A stretch of DNA of 64,000 nt from Octopus sinensis (GCF_006345805.1 NC_043001.1:75950001-76014000); one strand, 5' to 3'; positions 35,987-49,654 are shown, counted from the first letter of the stretch. The notes: generated by a model not told the origin, from the letters alone. Program-made: numbers and translations.

Positions 35987-37490
35987 TATATTTAGTGGAG
36001 CCCACTTAGTTGCAAGCAGTCGGGTCATGTATCAGTTTGTGTACTTTAACAATACGATTAATTTAAGAATGGTGGAAGAGTCTAAAGGAAAATAAGAGTA
36101 GTCCTGTCGATTTCATTTCAGTATCTCTTTTATAGTTAAAAGTTGAAAATGAAACACAACAGTTCCAAGAAAAGAAAGCAAAGTAACATTGGAAAATGAG
36201 ATTAATGATGCTATAATTATGTGAGAATGAGAGCCGGATGTCTAAGGAAAATAACAGAGTAATATTATGCTTGAGATGGTGATTTAGTTGGACAATTTGT
36301 GTGATTGTATGCAGATGAAAATTTGAAAGAATGAATAAGTATGTCCCCTGCCATATTTAGATAAGAAGCAGAATTGGTAGTTCACATCATTTCATAGACA
36401 AAAGAGTATGATGTGACTCTTTACTACGTTCTTTTCTCCCGTGATTGTGTGACGTCTTCACTCCTGTCTGTCCTGATCGTCTAACTCTGTATCTGCCCTT
36501 CATTTTACTTAGTATAAGGTGTGTTAAGCTTAACCATAGCTTAACTGATTTCCAATCTGCAGCTTTTGATTCGGCAGTATTTTTGACGTCAATCAAACAT
36601 TTAACAAGGTCGTCATTGATTAGTTCTTTGTTGCCTTTTTTTTTTTAGTCATATCATCACTCAATTTGAAAGAACCTGTTTTTACTTTTACAAAAACCTT
36701 CTAATTGAAAAACAAATATCTCTGGTTCAAATTAAGGCAGAGGCCTACTGGAGTACTCCTCTTAAAGGGCAGTTTTAATATTATAGGGTACCAGACAAAG
36801 CAATGCACCGTGGACCCTATATTTATTTATTGACAGTAAACTACAACATACACAAATAAGCGCTGGATTCCTAGACCCGTAGAGTACTCTCTTGCAACTT
36901 CTAGAAGGGACCCTCGGAAGAATCCTCAAGACTGCTAGAAGTCCCCGGAAAAAATCTTGGGCAATTTCCTCCCCACTCTTCTTTGCATAAAATACAAAAC
37001 AAAAATGCCGAAGCTAAGAGAGTTATATTCTGTATTTCATTATCCAAGAGAATGCAACGCAGGTTCAAGCCATGTTTACAGAACATTCCCTTCCAAGCGC
37101 TACATCACTAAATATTATTAAGAAACACCTCAGAAGGCCACCCTTACATACATCTACCAATATGTAAACGAGGCAGCTTTTAGGTGGTCACTTCATGTGC
37201 CAAGAAATAGTAACCAAATTCATTCAAATCGCACACTATTTTATTGGAAAAGGAAGGACGTGTATGCCATAGTACTAAATATAATCCAGGCGAATGGGCA
37301 CGGAGAGAATGTTTGTAATCACACGTCTGTTCAATCTGAGTCGACATGGGGTTAAACAAAACAATAGCAACAACAGCAGCAACAATTGTCTACATTATCA
37401 ATTAGCTAACGTATGATCTTTGGGAATTTTTGTTGTTGTTCTCAATGTTGTTGACTCTACCGTTGTTGTTAGTATTATTATTACTGCAGT

Positions 37491-38470
37491 TATGGCGATG
37501 AGTTGGAATAATTCTTGGCACGCTGCACAAATCGCTTAACGGCATTTTGTCCATCTGTACGTTCTGAGTCGACTTTGCCTTTACTCCTTTCGATGATGGA
37601 TAAAATAAGTACTAATCAAGTATTGGGGTCGATGTAACCAACAAGCCCACCTACCATCCTCTCAAAAAACTGGCTTTTTGCCTAATTTTGAAACGCTCTG
37701 AGTTAAAATTCAACCGAGGTCAACTCTGCGTTTAATCCTTTCCGAATCAATAAAATAAGTACTAGCTGAGCTCTGGGTTCGATAAGATTAGCTAGACCCC
37801 TCACCCAAACCTTTAGGCCCTGTGCCTATAATAGAAAGGACTATTATTCTTTTCTACTCAAGGCACAAGGCCTGAAATTTTGGGGGAGGGGACCAGTCGA
37901 TTAGATCGACCCCAGTACGCAACTGGTACTCAATTTACCCACTCCGAAAGGATAAAAGGGAAAGTCGACCTCGGCGGAATTTGAACTCAGAACGTAAAGA
38001 CAGACGAAATAACGCTAAGTATTTCACCCGGCGTGCTAACGTTTCTGCCACCCCGCCGCCTTAGGAAGGACAATTATTGTTGTAGTTAAGGTAACCAAAA
38101 TGGTAGAATCGTTAGCACACGGAAAAATTGTACTTGGCGGCATTTTGCCCGTCTTTGCCCTTCTGAGTCCAAATTCCTCCAAGATTCACTTTGCATTTCA
38201 TGCTTTCAGGGTCCATATGATAAGTACCAGTTGGGCAGTGTCGTCGATGTAATCGACTTACACCTTCCTGCAAAATTTTAGGCCTTATTCCTATAGTATA
38301 CAGGATTATTATTGTAAGGCAGCGAACTGGCAGAATCATTAGCATGCCGGGCAAAATGTTCTCGTCCGTTTCTACGTTTTGAGTTCAAATTCCGCCAAGG
38401 TCGACTTTGCCTTTCATTCTTTCTAGAGCGATAATTTAAATATCTGTCAAATACTGGGCTGGATATTACT
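37491..38470. mobile_element. Cluster of five SINE B copies (+,+,-,+,+)
   Basis: Plus 37491-37848 (two copies), minus 37846-38063 (least diverged), plus 38086-38313 and 38315-38470; the last resumes after 38842. Confidence 0.85.
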
Positions 38471-38473
38471 ACG

Positions 38474-38842
38474 GCACTCGGTCGGTCACGACGACGAGGG
38501 TTCCAGTTGATCCAATCAACGGGACAACCTACTCGTGAAATTAACGTGCAAGTGGCTGAGCATACCACAGACACGTGTACCCATAACGTAGTTCTCGGGG
38601 AGATTTAGCGTGATACAGAGTTTGACAAGGCTGGCCCTTTGAAATACAGGTACAAGAGAAACATGAAGAAAGGGTGAGAGAAAGTTGTGGTGAAAGAGTA
38701 CAGCAGGGTTCGCTACCACCCTCTGCCGGAACCTCGTTAAGCTGCAAGTATTTTCGCTCAATAAACACTCACAACGCCCGGTCTGGGAATCGGAACCGCG
38801 ATCCTACGACCGCGAGTCCGCTGCCCTGACCATTGCGCCTCC
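38474..38842 (-). mobile_element. SINE (head C plus OR-type tail) nested inside a SINE B copy
   Basis: Minus strand: ggaggcgcaatgg..ggactcgcggtcgtaggatcgcggttccgattcccagaccggg..cgtgaccgaccgagtgcc. Flanks gggctggatatta and gggttggatataa form a degenerate TSD. Confidence 0.85.
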
Positions 38843-39488
38843 GGGTTGGATATAATCGTCTAGGCTTCTCTTCCCTAATTTCAAGCTTCGTGTCTATAGT
38901 ACAAAGAATTATCGTTGTTGTTGTTGTTGTTGCTGTTGATGACACCATTGTTGTTCTCGTTGTTGTTATTGTAGCCTTAGTTGTAGTTGTTATTGTCGTT
39001 CATGTATTTAATCAGCATTAAGTTATACCTTCTTTTAGTTTACCACAACTGTAACAGCTGTTCTTTTCAGTCGCAAGCAATCTGCGTCCCTCGGGACTTT
39101 CCCTTGAGTCTTTTTTTAAAAGTTTTCTTTAGTAGTGAAGCCCGCCTAATGGTGAGTCATGTTTCATGCGGTCCGCTTCTCGAAAAAGGGTTGCCCATGT
39201 CTGCATTAGTTGTTGTTTTGTTATTATTATTTAACCCTACCTCAGCCTTAATCTAGTTAACCTATTATCAAAGGAGTACCAGCCATGATGAGCCCCTCTT
39301 TTTTGGGCTGTGAAAGCCTACAATACTTTCTCCGTTCAAACATTTCCGTATGATTTAAGAGTGACTGAACAGCTATTTCTAGAAAGTTAAGTGATTTTTG
39401 TATGTTACTATACATAGATATTTTTTGTTGTTTTATAGTATTTCTTCTTCTTAATCTCTTTCTAGTAGTAGTAGTGGTGGTTGTGGTG

Positions 39489-39561
<73 letters not shown>

Positions 39562-39705
39562 ACATCATCATCATCTAGAACAATAACATAAGTTGTAGTA
39601 GTAGCAGTTGAAGGAATTGTGACAATTCAAGATATAGAAGCATGGCACTAGAAGCAGGAGGCGACAACAACAGCAGCAGCAGAAGCAACAGCAGCAGCAG
39701 CAGCG

Positions 39706-39747
<42 letters not shown>

Positions 39748-40269
39748 TTCACTTTCTATTATTCCTCTTCGTTACTTTTACTCCTCACTATTTTCATTCA
39801 ACCATTCCTTCTCTCTCACAAAATAATTTCTTTTAACTCCAAAATTAAATGTACACACCTCTATACGCACACGTGCACAGACACATACACACACATACAC
39901 ACCAAAAACATAAGCACTATCCATAAACTTGTGTGTGTGTGTGTGGATACGTATATATACGGTTACTTTGTTAACTGGTTCAGCAAAGAAAGCCTCCAAA
40001 ACATTTTAGTACTAAACAAGTCTGACGATCGCCATGTAACGTGACATTAGCTTTAACTCAGCTGATTCCCGACATGAAACTTACAGTCATTTGTTGCAAA
40101 TGATATTTCCTGTGTGTGTGTTTGTGTGTGTGGGGGGGGTGTACATGTATATATATATACACACACATACATACATATGTATATGCTTGTGTGAGTGTGC
40201 GTATAAATATATATATATATATATATATATCGGAAGGTTTGGAGATGATGTACAGGTATTTATATATTA

Positions 40270-40418
40270 AAAAATTGAGGTAATCAGATCAGATGGTTCA
40301 TATTGTAGATATTATTTTATATATTACATTTTTACATATTGATATGATATATATGTAAAAAATGTAATATAAAAAAATATCTACAAATATGAACATCTGA
40401 TCTGATTACCTCAATTTT

Positions 40419-40419
<1 letters not shown>
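40270..40419. repeat. Fold-back inverted repeat, about 70-bp arms, 11-bp loop
   Basis: aaaaattgaggtaatcagatcagatg..acatat (40270-40339) versus atatgt..catctgatctgattacctcaattttt (40351-40419), with a few indels. Confidence 0.9.
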
Positions 40420-40465
<46 letters not shown>

Positions 40466-40469
40466 TATA

Positions 40470-40665
40470 TTTTACATGTTTTGACATTCGACTGCTGCCA
40501 TGTTTGGGCACTGCCTTGAAGGGTTTAGTCGAAGAAATTGACCCCAGTAATTTTTTCTTTAAGTTTGATTCTTATTCTATCAATCTCTTTTACCGAACCG
40601 CTTATTTAGGCGCAAAAACCAAGCTTACAGCAGTTGTCAAGGGTAGTGGGGGAGATCACAAACAA
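40470..40665 (-). mobile_element. SINE family A, 3' half (degenerate)
   Basis: gactgctgccatgtttgggcactgcc..gggtttagtcgaagaaattgacccc..ccgaaccgct. Confidence 0.75.
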
Positions 40666-40848
40666 CACAAAAGAAAACGTACATATATATATAATGTATA
40701 TATATGTAATATATATGTATATATATGTATATATATGTATGTATATATATATATATATAATATATATATATATATATAACATACATACATAATACATACA
40801 TACATACATACACATACATACATACATACATACATACATACATACATA

Positions 40849-41141
40849 CCAAGGATTCTCTCGTCGCTAGACGACGTATGAGGTTTCGCCAATTTCTTGC
40901 CGAACACCCACACAGATGATTTGTTTATAGTCATCAAATGTTTGTGTTCATATAAGCTCACTCTTTCCATCAAATCAACATTACCTGTACAGGTGCACCG
41001 TGTGCCATATGTCAGATGACGAAATGATCGCAGAGCAACGTGAAGTTAAGTGCTTTGCTCAAGAACACATCGCAACGCCCGGTCTGGGAACCGAAACATC
41101 GATCCCGCAATTGTGACTGCAACGCCCTATCCACTAAGCCA
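40849..41141 (-). mobile_element. CORE-like SINE with a fourth tail type (E)
   Basis: Minus strand: tggcttagtggatagggcg..ccagaccgggcgttgcgatgtgttcttgagcaaagcacttaacttcacgttgctct; then a unique tail ending gaatccttgg(tatg)n. Confidence 0.75.
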
Positions 41142-41170
41142 TATATATATATATATGTATTACAATACAG

Positions 41171-41230
<60 letters not shown>

Positions 41231-41286
41231 TATATGTACAGATATATAATATGTACATATATATATATATGTACATATTATATATA

Positions 41287-41340
<54 letters not shown>

Positions 41341-41705
41341 TAATATATATATATCTAGTTCATTCAGATAACAAACAACTAAAAAACGAGAGAAAAAAGA
41401 AAGAAATGAACGTGAGGGAGAAAGTTGTTGTTAACGATTCGAGCATAGCCTCTTCATCGGAAACAGTAGAGTCCAAAGAGAAAAAAGGAAAAATAAAGTA
41501 AAATCGCCAACAGTCAACGTGGGGTATATATATATATATATATATATAGATATATATATATATAATATTTATTATATAGAAGGAGCTTCTACAGGACTAG
41601 TACTGTTTCATTCAAGTACTAGTCATTCTATATAATAAATTAATTTTACTCTGCTATGTATGAGTACCTTACTTACTGTGGTTAACCCCGGATCAACCCG
41701 GGACT

Positions 41706-41773
<68 letters not shown>

Positions 41774-41779
41774 TATATT

Positions 41780-42000
41780 ATATGTGGTGACCTCGTGTGT
41801 ACCGTTGGCGATTTTTTTTCCTCTGTCTTCCCTTCTCTGGATCTTTCCTTCTCCTATGTTTCCGACGGAAAGCTCCGCTCGAAACGTTAAGCCCTCATTC
41901 TTTCCTTCTTTTCTGAGCGTCCAATAATACTATATTTGTTCCACGTCCTCGCGTTGTTGTGTTTTTTTGTGCGTTCTTGTTTGGATTAACTATATATATA
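41780..42000 (+). mobile_element. Penelope-like pseudo-LTR remnant with a mutated minimal HHR at 41858-41894
   Basis: gttt-CCGACGG-AAAGC TCC GCTC-GAAAC-GTT-aagc: stem I gttt/aagc pairs, but the core differs from CTGACGA at two positions. Confidence 0.55.
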
Positions 42001-42808
42001 TTTTTGTCAGACAGGATGCTAGAAAAAGGAATATTGTCACCACGGAGTTTGCATATTAAGAAGCATTTGGAATTTTTCAATAAAAAGATTCTCCTTGATT
42101 CTTTCTTGTGTAGAGATTTTTTCTTTACATTGGTAGAAAGGGAATATATGAAATTTGGGATTTTTATTTCTTGTGCAAGAGTCTATATGGCTACTGAGTC
42201 ACATAGACTCTTGCGCTAGAAATAAAAATCCCAAATTTCATATATTCCTTTTCTATCAATGTAAAGACAGAATCTTTACACAAGAGAGAATTGAGATAGA
42301 GACGGACAGACAGAAAGATAGACAGTGTGTGAAAGAGAGAGAGAAAGAGCGAGATAGATAGAGAGGATGACAGAAATATGTATATTTTAAGGCTTATTAG
42401 GAGCCTATATTTAATTAATTTTCTGGACAGTTTTAAAGAAATTTTAATTAGCTATTAGTATATCCGGAAATAAGTGGCATTAGAATTTTTAAATAAGGTT
42501 GTAGTTAGTCATTACGTTATGGGGGACTTGTCACATACATATACACACATGCATACACACACACAAAGAACTAGAAAGCGAACGATCAACACCACATTGG
42601 TGAATGGATCGTTCCTTTTAATATTAGAGAGTTACGGATAATTACGTAATCATTTTCTCGTAACTCTAATAATACTTGCAGTTCGGCCATCGTATCAATC
42701 GGACACGTTGGCGAAAATACCAGTATTATTCAAACTACGACTGAATAATTGAGAATTTAATAGCATGAAACCATCGATATCCTATGAACAACACTCTACT
42801 ATTAAATG

Positions 42809-42849
<41 letters not shown>

Positions 42850-42949
42850 AACACATACATATACACACATATATACACGCACACATACACACGCACGCAA
42901 ATTATAGATATATTACATTCCAAATAATTATGATGCATACTCTTCTTTA

Positions 42950-43590
42950 CTATCTCTTCTATGTCTGTCTCTCTCCCTCTCTTGTTCTTCATCCTTTCTG
43001 GTTTTGTCTCCCATCTTTCCCGATTCTTCTTCTCTCCCCTTTACAGTTCCCTCTCTCTTACTCCTCCTCTTCGACGCTCTCGTCGCTGACACGTGATCAG
43101 AGGGAAGACATCTTTCCGACTACTATCTTCACAAAGACCAAACCAGCTTATCATGTCTCTTCATAAGCTGTCTCCTTAAGCGTTCACAATAATTTTTCCA
43201 TCGTCTTGGCTTAACAACCCTCATCGTTTGTGTTTATTGTTTTGTTCTCATTGTTCAGTCTTTTACTGTTTTTACTTTTTTATTGGTTTTACTGTTTTGT
43301 TCTTACTGTTCTGTTCTTGTTACCACTTTCACCCTCCGCAAAAAACTCCAAATTTGATTTAATTTGCTTTGCGGGAAGGACTGTTTCAACGAAGTCGCAT
43401 CTTGTCCTTACCTTCGGAACACGGAGTAGATGAAACAGGAACAACTGAATAAGGGGAATATTCTTTATGTTGTACGTCTCGTTTCTCTGGGGGCTTTTTC
43501 GTTGTTTGAAAAAAAGTTCGTTTCTATGTTTTTGTTTTTATGTTTTCGTTTCTCATTCTATTCAACGTTTTTTTTTTGATGTCCTGCACC
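42950..43590 (+). mobile_element. Unclassified dispersed repeat (family of 12150-12620 and 59840-60380)
   Basis: atttgctttgcgggaaggac..ccttcggaacacggagtagatgaaac..aactgaataagggg. Confidence 0.55.
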
Positions 43591-43692
43591 CATATATGCA
43601 TGTATATATACATATATATGTAGGTATGTACATATATGTATGTATATGCATATGTTATATATATATATATAATATATATATATATATATACA

Positions 43693-43724
<32 letters not shown>

Positions 43725-43727
<3 letters not shown>

Positions 43728-44110
43728 GCGCAGGAGCGGCTGTGTAGTAAGTAGCTTGCTTACCAACTACATGGCTCCAGGTTCAGTCCCACGGCGTAGC
43801 ACCATGAGCAAGTGTTTTCTACTATACCCTCGGGCTGACCAAAGCTTTGAGTGGATTTGATAGATAGGAACTGAAAGAAGCCTGTCGAATATGTGTGTGT
43901 ATGTGCGTGTGTGTTTGTGTGTGTGTGCGTGTGTATCGGTGTTTTTCACCCCAACATCGCTTGACAACCGATGCTGGTGTGTTTATGTTCCCATAACTTA
44001 GCGGTTCGGCAAAAGAAACCAATAGAATAAGTACTAGGCTTACAAAGAATAAATTGATTTGTTCGACTAAAGGCGGTGCTCCAGCATGGCCGCACTCAAA
44101 TGACTGAAAC
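43725..44110 (+). mobile_element. SINE family A, full length
   Basis: aggcgcaggagcggctgtgtagtaagtagc..ccagcatggccgcactcaaatgactgaaaca. Confidence 0.9.
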
Positions 44111-44141
44111 ATATATATATATTCTTTCTTCTATTCTTTTA

Positions 44142-44388
44142 TTCTTTTACGTGTTTCAATCACTTGAATGCAGCCATGCTGGAGCACCGTTTTAAAGGGC
44201 TTTAGTCGAAGAAATCAACCCCAATACTTATTCTTTGTAAGCCTAGTACTTATTCTATCGGTGTCTTTTGCCAAACGGCTAAGTTACAGGGACATAAACA
44301 CAGCAACATCGGTTGTTAAGTGATAGCGAGGGAAAACACACACACATATACATATATACGACGGGCTTCTTTCAGTTTCCATCTACCA
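44142..44388 (-). mobile_element. SINE family A, inverted tail-to-tail with the previous copy
   Basis: Reverse complement of about 43850-44110; roughly 31-bp spacer. Confidence 0.9.
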
Positions 44389-44418
44389 TATCTACCCAGA
44401 AGATTTGGGTCGGTTTAT

Positions 44419-45190
44419 ATCCCTCCATCAGTATGTACATTTCACTATCTTCCGACAAAATGGAATTTGATACAGCATCAGAATACTACAACAAAGCACT
44501 TGAAAGAAGCGGATGTTCAGAAAATGTATAGTATATATAAGTACCTACATTTTCCAAATGAGCACGTAGAATGCGGAAAATCTTATCGAATAATTCGCCA
44601 TCAATTTTAATGTATGCACGAATGTATCGAAAACATTCCTGGAACTAGTTTTGCCACATTTCCCAAAATCCATAGGAACTACAAGATGTTTAATAGAAAC
44701 ACAATTAAAGTCTCTTATTCTTGTTGTAACGACTTCGCTAACACGATCAACAAAGTTGTTAAGGAGTAATAGTTACACGAAAGCAATTGTAACTTTAGTG
44801 ATTCCTCTAGGTGTCCCTTTACATGAAATGCCTGAATACTCTAACTGTTTACGGAGCCGAAGTTCAAATCAGCGGTAAATTTAACTAAAATTCTAGATTG
44901 CAGCGAAAAGAAACTGCTTCAAAATTCGTTAATAGTCAGTCATTTTTCAACCCGGATGGTAAACATTCCACATGTCTTTCGAACTACATTGACACCTGCA
45001 AAGAAGCCAATTTACAATACTTTAAACTACCATGGACCATCTTAAATTCTGTACCTTCCTATAAACATGGAAATGCCAATTTTATTTGGCGGAGAATGTC
45101 ACCATACTCCTCCAAGATGAAAATTGACTAAACACGAACAAAGAGTTGCTAAGTACTTGTTTGCACGAAACCTAATATCTGCATATAAAC
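44419..45190 (+). mobile_element. Penelope-like element linker and endonuclease C-terminal fragment
   Basis: ISLSSDKMEFDTASEYYNKALERSG..KTFLELVLPHFPKS..KMFNRNTIKVSYSC..HSTCLSNYI..WTILNSVPSY..NKELLSTC; stops and frameshifts present. Confidence 0.8.
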
Positions 45191-45557
45191 TGTAAACAAG
45201 ATCAAACTTAACTCTAACTATAACGATAAAAAACTGGAAATTAAATCATGACAATCTGTAAACAACACACAATCCGAATAGTTAATCATCTAATAAACAT
45301 AATGCACACATAATAAAAACAATATTTGTTCTTTACAATAAGTAAATGCTCATCGACCAACTTCTAAACATTAAACCCATTCGACAAAAACGAAGGCATT
45401 CACTGGTAGCATTTCGAAATTTCACTGGGATGATAATAGCTTATATAAACATTGAAATGAACATGTTACCGTTTACCATCCATTTCGAAACATATTTCTA
45501 GTTTTTATACAAGATATTTAATTTTAAAATTATGAATTTCCTATTACTACATATATA

Positions 45558-46133
45558 CAAGCGTAAGTCAACAATTATCCGCACTTTCGTCATAACATGT
45601 CTTTATTATTGTCACATTGTCTCCTGTGAAGAGTTGGTACTATTGTGGTCACGTACTATTGCGGAACAAAAAGCAGAGATCCGAGAGATAGTAATGGTGA
45701 ACCGGTTCACCATTAACATCTTTCGAGCTTGCTGAATCTTCTCGTCAGTGGTAGAGGTTGACGGACGTTCTTCTCCCTCTTCGTGCGTCACGCTTGTCAG
45801 GCCATTTTTAATCTTTTCGATCCACTCATATACACTTCTACGCGGTAGTGTACTGTCCCCGAATTGTTTTAAAAGCCTCCGATGAATTTCAGCACCTGAC
45901 ACGCCTTGCGACCAGAGAAATTGGATCACTGCTCTTCGTTCTTAGGCGCACATTGCTAGTAGAACAACCATACTTACACTGTAAAGCCAGAAAAAGAAAT
46001 GGCGTGATCAGGCTCAAACTTCGATCACGTGACCACAATAGTACCGACTATAAGCACGCGTGCGCAGAATGCAGTGCAACAATGATAAAGATATATTATA
46101 GCGAAAGTGCGGATAATTTTTGACTTCCCCTCG
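45558..46133 (-). mobile_element. Non-autonomous mariner made of two inverted 5' ends, with TA TSDs
   Basis: TIRs at 45558-45589 and 46102-46133; TA at 45556-45557 and 46134-46135. Minus ORF from ATG 45971: MVVLLAMCA*ERRAVIQFLWSQGVSGAEIHRRL..SVYEWIEKIKNG..RPSTSTTDEKI. Confidence 0.9.
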
Positions 46134-46792
46134 TACATTATTGATAACCGCTAAAATTCATAAAAGGATATTTACATAAAATTACAATCTTTAATTTCAT
46201 TGTGATTATCACCTATTTATTTCCAATTCCTTACTATTCATACAAATAATCTCAAACATTACATAAGTTCAGTGCTTGTAACCATACGCATTTCCATAAG
46301 CAAATTTTGAACGCATAATTTTGGTTAAAAATAATATATACTCGGGTGAAAGCATTTCATGTGCTGCATTCAGTATTTTGAAATTTCGGAGGAAAGTGCA
46401 CAACCGATATAAAAACTCGAAGGAACGACTTAAAACCTTCATTCAACTCGCTAAGCTTTGTTTTTAGAGCCTCATCCGAGCGCATATCATTTTGAATATA
46501 TACATATATTTTTTGCAATTAACATCATTAGCTTGCAGCTGTTTCTTCTAACAGATGCAGTGTACTCAGAGCTTCAAAACAAGCTAAGTTAATGCACAAA
46601 CGCTCAACTCTGAGTGCACAGTGTCTTATAGCAGAAACAACTGTAAACTAATTGCACTATTTCTTGTTCCTTTGTCACTTATTTAATTTCATATTACATT
46701 CGACTAGCGTTTTATTCTCAAGCGTACGTAAAATGAGTTCTAACACTAGTTTATTAGCATCACAATGCTAATCGAACACATTATATATAATA

Positions 46793-46840
<48 letters not shown>

Positions 46841-46849
46841 CATGTATAT

Positions 46850-47024
46850 AAATTAGAGAAGAACCACCATGTAGCAATTCAACAATGATATACTTAAATA
46901 ATACCATATAGCAAAAAAATTAAGATACGATAAAATATTTGCCTAGAACTAAATAAATTACGAAATGATAAATAAATAGTATTAATTAGTATATAATCGT
47001 TTCAATTACTCATGCCAAAGTCAG

Positions 47025-47030
<6 letters not shown>
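46850..47030. mobile_element. Unclassified (probably Penelope-like) terminal fragment
   Basis: The 25-mer ttactcatgccaaagtcagacaata is shared exactly with about 48203-48227. Confidence 0.4.
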
Positions 47031-47079
<49 letters not shown>

Positions 47080-47148
47080 TATATATATAGATATATAAGA
47101 AATTAAAAAAGAAAATACGCATGTAACTATGGTTTATAATATATTAAT

Positions 47149-47181
<33 letters not shown>

Positions 47182-47238
47182 ATATAATATATATATATAT
47201 ATATATATATTATAATATATATATATATATATAGATAT

Positions 47239-47312
<74 letters not shown>

Positions 47313-47315
<3 letters not shown>

Positions 47316-47591
47316 CGTGTGGCTTAGTAGTTAGGGCTTTCGGCTCACAATCGTAAGGTCGTGAGTTCAAATTCCCGCGGTGCGTAGTGTCTTTGTCCAT
47401 TCAGCTGGCAAAAGTGAGTAGTACCTGTACTTCTAAAAGTGCCAGTTTTGTTACATTCTGTATCACGCTGAAGTTTCCAATGAACTACGTTAAAGGTACG
47501 CCTGTCTGTTGAGTGCTCGTCAAATTCACGAGCAAGCTGTTCCGTTGACCGGATCAACTGGAACCTTTAGCGTCGTAACCGACGGAGTGCC
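47313..47591 (+). mobile_element. SINE (head D, CORE partly deleted, plus OR-type tail)
   Basis: aggcgtgtggcttagtagttaggg..gtgagttcaaattccc..tcacgctgaag..gtaaccgacggagtgcc. Confidence 0.8.
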
Positions 47592-48499
47592 AGCTTTTTT
47601 TCCATTATAAGAGAGAGAGGGGGGTGGGGAGAGGCACACACTGTATTTGGAAACTACTGAATAGGGAACAAAAGGAGTCCGATTGAAGTTTGACTATCTT
47701 AAATAATTAACTTGTAGCTATAAATGTCTGTTTGTGGCCAACGGTGAGCATCGATGACAACCAAATGCAGCTTTAGGCAAAATAACACTAGAAAACTTTG
47801 CGATTGCGCAAATATGATTTCTTACTATGGAACTTCAAATACACTGGAAAAGATATTTTAAACCAGGGAGACTTCCAACTGCATTGTATTTTCGACCAAA
47901 TCGTCATAAGATTTCTACGATATTCACATTTTACAAAAACATTGTCAAGCAAATTTATTAATGAAATTTCAGTCTATAAAATGCAACGGCGTTTACCATC
48001 AGCTTTAACTCCTCCTTTAGTAAAATACAACACTCCCACATGAACAAAGATGGTATCGTAATCCTAAAAATGGAGAAAAAAGTGCGAACATTATACTGGA
48101 ACTTGACCCCTAAAACTCCTAATCTTGGAATTCTATCCTCTACCAGTATCATCGTAGATTCTGTGTCACCAGAGACGATTTCTCGTCAGCGATCATTTCC
48201 ATTACTCATGCCAAAGTCAGACAATAGCTGTACCCAATCACATTTACTCATTTCGTACCCAGCATTATATTCGTTTCTCTGTTATTACATTTGTCTTGAA
48301 GTATTAAGAATTTCTGGTTGTTGTTGTTTTTATTGTGGTTTTTATTTTGATATACTTATTTATTTTAGGTTGTATTTATATCAGTGTTAATATATTTTAT
48401 AACAAGAACATTAAAAGTTTAATAAAATAGCTTCATCGTCCGGGTCACAGAGCTTCAGGTTTCTCTGATCGTAAATGGGTGCGGGGTTGCTTTCGTAAA

Positions 48500-48679
48500 T
48501 ACATAGGTGCATGTGTGTATGTGTGTGTGTGCGCGCGCGCGCGTCGATATACATGTATATGCGTGAGTCTATGTATATGTATGTATAAATGTGTGTACAT
48601 ATGTGTGGTGTCTGTGTGTATAATATGTGTGTGTCTGTGTGCATAATACGTGTGTACATATAAAAATAGATATATATAT

Positions 48680-48763
<84 letters not shown>

Positions 48764-48832
48764 TATATAGTATGTAATTATATATACGTATGTATATACA
48801 TATATATATGTATATATATATAAAATTAAGCC

Positions 48833-48865
<33 letters not shown>

Positions 48866-49241
48866 CATACATGCATGCATATATACGCCACATGGTTCAT
48901 AATCGATCTATCTCATAAATCATATTCTTTCGATGGCTTCCTTGACCATCCAATGGTATTGATTCTCATTCTTTCATCTCCACCCTCCTTATTTATATAC
49001 ACGCGTGCGCACGCGCAACACACACACTCACTCACACACACACACACACACACACACACCACACACAAACACACACTTCTATATACTTGTATGCATATAT
49101 ATACTCGTTATATATATATATATATATATATTTGTATATGTATGCGTGTATATATAAATATATACATATATATATATATATATATATCATCTGTCAGTGC
49201 GCGTGTCTGTGAGCGAGCGTGTGTATATGCGTGCGTGCATT

Positions 49242-49274
<33 letters not shown>

Positions 49275-49610
49275 TATTTAGCACCCATTTTACTCATGCA
49301 ATGATATCCATTCAGTCTACAGAATATTTCTGCGTCTCCTCACTCTCTTTAACACACTGTCTCTTAGTTTTATCATTTTCTCACTTTCGCTCTCTCTCTC
49401 CCCTCTCTCTCTCTCTCTCTTTCTCTTTCTCACTAGTACACTAACACACACACATACACACGGAGAAACACACAAACATACACAGTTCTGACAATGATGT
49501 GTATATAATATAGCGTCACTTCACCGCCTCTTCCCTGTCAAATGTTACCTTTTAATCTCATCCCGTCTCCTTGCCTCTCACAATCTATCTTTTTATTTAT
49601 GTATCAGTAT

Positions 49611-49654
<44 letters not shown>

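Noticed and set aside
36387-36760. 69-aa minus ORF and a nearby plus-strand poly-T/AG acceptor at 36648
   Set aside because: No homology recognised, and all frames after the acceptor close quickly without a good donor.
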